Both the position numbers and the translations under genes were made by a program. The notes below the pieces were generated by a model, which saw only the letters and a list, made by a program, of their open reading frames with translations, was not told the origin of the DNA and ran no database searches. Of a DNA stretch of 63,829 nucleotides, positions 60,852 through 63,829 are shown one piece after another; position 1 is the stretch's first letter, and each line of letters opens with the position of its first letter. The stretch spans positions 1 through 63,829 of the forward strand of contig MHDQ01000207.1 in the NCBI GenBank assembly GCA_001803565.1. Reading direction: 5' to 3'. This stretch comes from Nitrospinae bacterium RIFCSPLOWO2_12_FULL_45_22 (GTDB lineage: Bacteria > 2-12-FULL-45-22).

Positions 60852-62069
60852 TCAGAAGGGGAGTTCACTAATGCTGAATATAGCCAACAGCATAGAAACT
60901 ACAATAGTGCCTACTATCAGGCCCATAACCAGGATCATAATTGGCTCCAGCAGGGTTACCAACCTCTTGATAGCGTTCTTTACTTCGCCCTCATATATCT
61001 CAGCCAATTTTATCAGCATCTCTTCCAGTCTGCCGGTCTCATCCCCAATAGTGATCATATGAACCGCTAAGGGAGGGAAAAAACCCCCTTCCTGCAATAG
61101 GTTCCCTATCCTTTCCCCCTCTTTTAACCGACTCCGGATCCGGGTAATGGATCTAGCTATTATCTCATTCCCACTGACATCTTTGGCAATATTTAAGCCG
61201 GTAAGGATGGGGACGCCACTGGCAATCATGGTGCCTAAGGTCCTGGCAAAACCAGCTATCTCGGCCTTCTGGATCAAGCGGCCCACTATCCCTATCCTCA
61301 ACTTTAGCCGATCCCACCGGAGTCTTCCTTCCGGTGTCTTTAAATACCTCCGGCCCAGGTAATAACCCGCCCCTAACAGAGCCAAAAAGAGCCACCAATA
61401 CCCCCGGATAAGATAGCTTATAGAGAGGAGAAGTTGAGTCATAAAAGGTAGGTTTTGGCCCATGTCAGAAAATATCCGGGCTAGTTTGGGTACCACAAAC
61501 CCCAATAGGACCATCAAAGAGCCTAGACTTACTAAGAATAGTAAGGCCGGATACAACATAGCGGAAAAGATATAATCTTTCAATTCTTTGGAGCGCTCCA
61601 AAAAATCACTCAGGCGCATCAATACCAGATCCATTATACCCCCAGCCTCTCCGGCTTTGATCATATTAATATAGATCTTTGGGAAGACCTGGGGATAGCC
61701 CCCCAAGGCATCGGCTAAGGATTTACCACCCCGGACGTCTTTCAACACATTAGCTATGATAGAGCGGAGTTTCTTATTTTCCGTTAGATCCTGCAGTATC
61801 TCCAGGCTCTTATCTACTTGAAGCCCTGCTTTTATCAGGGTAGTCAGTTGTTGGGTGAAGATCAGCAGGTCTTTTTCCGTGACCCGTTGGGTAAAGAGGG
61901 GCCAGTTTAGTCCCAGGGTAGGCCGCGCATCTTTTGGCATACTGACCTTGATAGGGACATAGCCCAGGCTTTGCAGCCGTTCTACTACTATCTTTTCTCC
62001 TTTGGCTTCCATAAAGCCTTCAATAATTTTACCTTCTTGATCAGCAGCCTTATAAATATATCTCGCCAT
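60852..62069 (-). CDS. gspF: T2SS inner-membrane platform protein GspF
   Basis: 405 aa. Two GspF/PilC repeats and three TM segments. Confidence 0.9.
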   Translation of the reverse strand: MARYIYKAADQEGKIIEGFMEAKGEKIVVERLQSLGYVPIKVSMPKDARPTLGLNWPLFTQRVTEKDLLIFTQQLTTLIKAGLQVDKSLEILQDLTENKKLRSIIANVLKDVRGGKSLADALGGYPQVFPKIYINMIKAGEAGGIMDLVLMRLSDFLERSKELKDYIFSAMLYPALLFLVSLGSLMVLLGFVVPKLARIFSDMGQNLPFMTQLLLSISYLIRGYWWLFLALLGAGYYLGRRYLKTPEGRLRWDRLKLRIGIVGRLIQKAEIAGFARTLGTMIASGVPILTGLNIAKDVSGNEIIARSITRIRSRLKEGERIGNLLQEGGFFPPLAVHMITIGDETGRLEEMLIKLAEIYEGEVKNAIKRLVTLLEPIMILVMGLIVGTIVVSMLLAIFSISELPF

Positions 62070-62077
62070 ATAACAGA

Positions 62078-62127
62078 GTTCGGGGGGCAGGGATCGGGGA
62101 TCGGCTGACCCCTGAGCCCTGACAACT
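62078..62127. repeat. Heptamer inverted repeat in the gspE|gspF junction
   Basis: CAGGGAT CGGGGAT CGGCTGA CCCCTGA GCCCTGA CAAC. The left 7-mers are complementary to the right 7-mers. Same NNNGTCA/TGACNNN family. Confidence 0.7.
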
Positions 62128-62130
62128 ATT

Positions 62131-63804
62131 TTATTCCTCCTGGGTTACCCGCAATACTTCTGCTACCGTGGTAATCCCTTCTCTGGCTTTACGCCAGCCA
62201 TCATCCCTCAGGGTTATCATCCCCTGCTTCAGGGCAAGGTCTTTAATAGTGGTGGCGTCGGCCCTTTTCAGGATAAGGTTTTTTATTTCGTCCGTGATGG
62301 GCAGAATCTCAAAGATTCCGCTCCTGCCTAGATAGCCGGTATAGGTACAATGCTCGCAACCTTTGCCTTGATAGATGGCGGGTTTATCCGATAATACCCC
62401 GGGGATTCCTTCCTTTATGGTTTCCTGTACGGGTAATGGTTCTTTACAGTAGGGGCAAATAACCCGCACCAGCCTCTGCCCTAAGACCCCTATCAGAGAT
62501 GAAGCCAGGAGATAGTCTTCTACTCCCATCTCTAATAATCGGGTAATAGCCCCTGAAGCATCGTTAGTATGGAGGGTACTAAAGACCAGGTGGCCTGTCA
62601 AAGCCGATTGGATAGCTATCTCAGCGGTCTCGGCATCCCTTATCTCACCTATCAATATGATATCCGGGTCTTGCCGGACGATAGAGCGAAGTCCACTGGC
62701 AAAAGTAAGGCCGATTTGGGGCTTGACCTGTATCTGATTCACACCGTGTAGTTGGTATTCTACCGGGTCTTCTACCGTTATAATCTTCTTATCCGGGCAA
62801 TTTATCTTATCCAGGGCAGCATAGAGAGTAGTGGTTTTACCACTACCGGTGGGGCCAGTAACCAGGATCATGCCATAAGGCCTTTTTATCAGGTTCTCAA
62901 AGGTAGCCAGGGGCTTAGGCGGAAATCCTAATTCTTCTAGATTAAGGATCAGACTCTCCCTGCTTAATAGGCGCATAACAATACTTTCACCAAATAGCGT
63001 GGGGATAGTAGATACCCGAAAATCTATCTCTTTGCCTGCTACCCGCAGCTTCAATCGGCCATCCTGCGGGAGCCTCCTTTCGGCTATATTGAGCTTAGCC
63101 ATAATCTTGACCCGCGAGGTTATAGCCGCTTTGAGTCGCCTGGGGGGCGACTCTACATCATGCAACATACCATCTATCCGATACCTGACTTTGAGATCCC
63201 GTTCGAAAGGCTCAATATGGATGTCACTGGCTCGGCTCTCGATAGCACGGGTAATAATCATGTTCACCAGCCGGATAACCGGTGCCTCTGAAGCCATATC
63301 CCGTAAATGATCTACATCTTCCTCTTCTGATATGGTATCTAGATCAGTGGTTTCGATATCTTCTATTATTTCATCCATAGTATCGGTCCCAGCCCCATAA
63401 AACTTTTCTAGAGATTCTAGAATATCTCTCTCTGTACTGAGACATAGGTCTAATTGATAACCCGTTGCTAGCCGGATAGCATCTAAGGTGGATACGTCTC
63501 GCGGGTCAGTTACTGCGATAGTTAAGAGATTATCCCTCAGGGTTAGGGGAAAAACCTTATTTTGTTTTAAGAATTTATAGGATAGACGGTCGCACCGATA
63601 AGGAGTTTCTGGGTACTGGAGGATCGAGAGATAAGAGAGACCGAACTGCTGGCTCAATTCTTGAACCATTTCTTCTTCTGAGCCGTCTTGCGGGCTGGTG
63701 GACTTTTTGTTGTTAGATTTTAACGCCGGGGGTTCTTTCGGGAAGCTATCGAGCCCTACCTTCGCCTTTACCTGATTAAGGATGGTGAAGGAGAAGTCTT
63801 TCAA
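62131..63804 (-). CDS. gspE: T2SS ATPase GspE
   Basis: 557 aa. N-terminal T2SE_N domain, Walker A GPTGSGKTT, Walker B/His box, tetracysteine CPYC...CEHC. Confidence 0.92.
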   Translation of the reverse strand: MKDFSFTILNQVKAKVGLDSFPKEPPALKSNNKKSTSPQDGSEEEMVQELSQQFGLSYLSILQYPETPYRCDRLSYKFLKQNKVFPLTLRDNLLTIAVTDPRDVSTLDAIRLATGYQLDLCLSTERDILESLEKFYGAGTDTMDEIIEDIETTDLDTISEEEDVDHLRDMASEAPVIRLVNMIITRAIESRASDIHIEPFERDLKVRYRIDGMLHDVESPPRRLKAAITSRVKIMAKLNIAERRLPQDGRLKLRVAGKEIDFRVSTIPTLFGESIVMRLLSRESLILNLEELGFPPKPLATFENLIKRPYGMILVTGPTGSGKTTTLYAALDKINCPDKKIITVEDPVEYQLHGVNQIQVKPQIGLTFASGLRSIVRQDPDIILIGEIRDAETAEIAIQSALTGHLVFSTLHTNDASGAITRLLEMGVEDYLLASSLIGVLGQRLVRVICPYCKEPLPVQETIKEGIPGVLSDKPAIYQGKGCEHCTYTGYLGRSGIFEILPITDEIKNLILKRADATTIKDLALKQGMITLRDDGWRKAREGITTVAEVLRVTQEE

Positions 63805-63829
63805 TTGTCGGGAAAGAAGTTTCTGGCCC

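Noticed and set aside
1-63829. Genomic island, prophage or defence-system signatures: integrase, transposase, restriction-modification, toxin-antitoxin pairs, tRNA-adjacent insertions.
   Set aside because: No such genes are recognisable. The tRNA cluster is followed directly by rpmG and secE. The only PIN-domain protein is the conserved YacL-type housekeeping gene in its usual ispDF neighbourhood.

Overview
This 63.8-kb window comes from a moderately AT-rich, probably diderm bacterium whose lineage I cannot assign from sequence alone. Most of it is housekeeping. Coordinates 18.6-50.7 kb hold one uninterrupted + strand transcription/translation supercluster: tRNA-Thr/Tyr/Gly/Thr, rpmG, tRNA-Trp, secE, nusG, rplKAJL, rpoBC, rpsLG, fusA, tuf, then the S10, spc and alpha operons through rplQ. 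rpmJ is present but missing from the ORF track. Upstream (0-18 kb) are a Zn/Cd-type P1B ATPase overlapping a ZIP permease, acylphosphatase, carbon-storage and glycolysis genes (ROK glucokinase, glgA, apgM, transaldolase, alanine dehydrogenase), mogA, a YacL-like PIN/TRAM protein, ispD, ispF and cysS. Downstream on the minus strand are an acyl-CoA dehydrogenase, a split B12-dependent acyl-CoA mutase, and a type II secretion-like operon (gspE-F-G-H-I-J-K-L-M plus a GspC-like gene). The window contains no secretin and no prepilin peptidase. I found no transposase, integrase, phage gene, CRISPR array or rRNA, and I could not identify a clearly novel multi-gene system. The unusual signals are of other kinds. 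(1) Nearly every intergenic gap over about 60 nt, including junctions inside the ribosomal-protein, rpoBC and ispDF operons, is filled by palindromic repeats. These include a five-copy, co-oriented 70-80-bp element, STRR-like 7/8-mer arrays, and a 72-bp dispersed repeat. (2) RpoB carries a Cys4 (CxC...CxxC) insertion and EF-Tu carries a Cys4 replacement loop, in a gene set that is otherwise rich in zinc ribbons. (3) The T2SS-like operon has a GC-rich hairpin repeat translated inside the GspJ prepilin leader, a 423-nt repeat-laden non-coding spacer before the major pseudopilin gene, and a PilM/PilN-like fused GspL. (4) The acyl-CoA mutase appears to have non-canonical substrate-site residues. 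All functional calls rest on motif recognition and synteny by eye; no database search was run.
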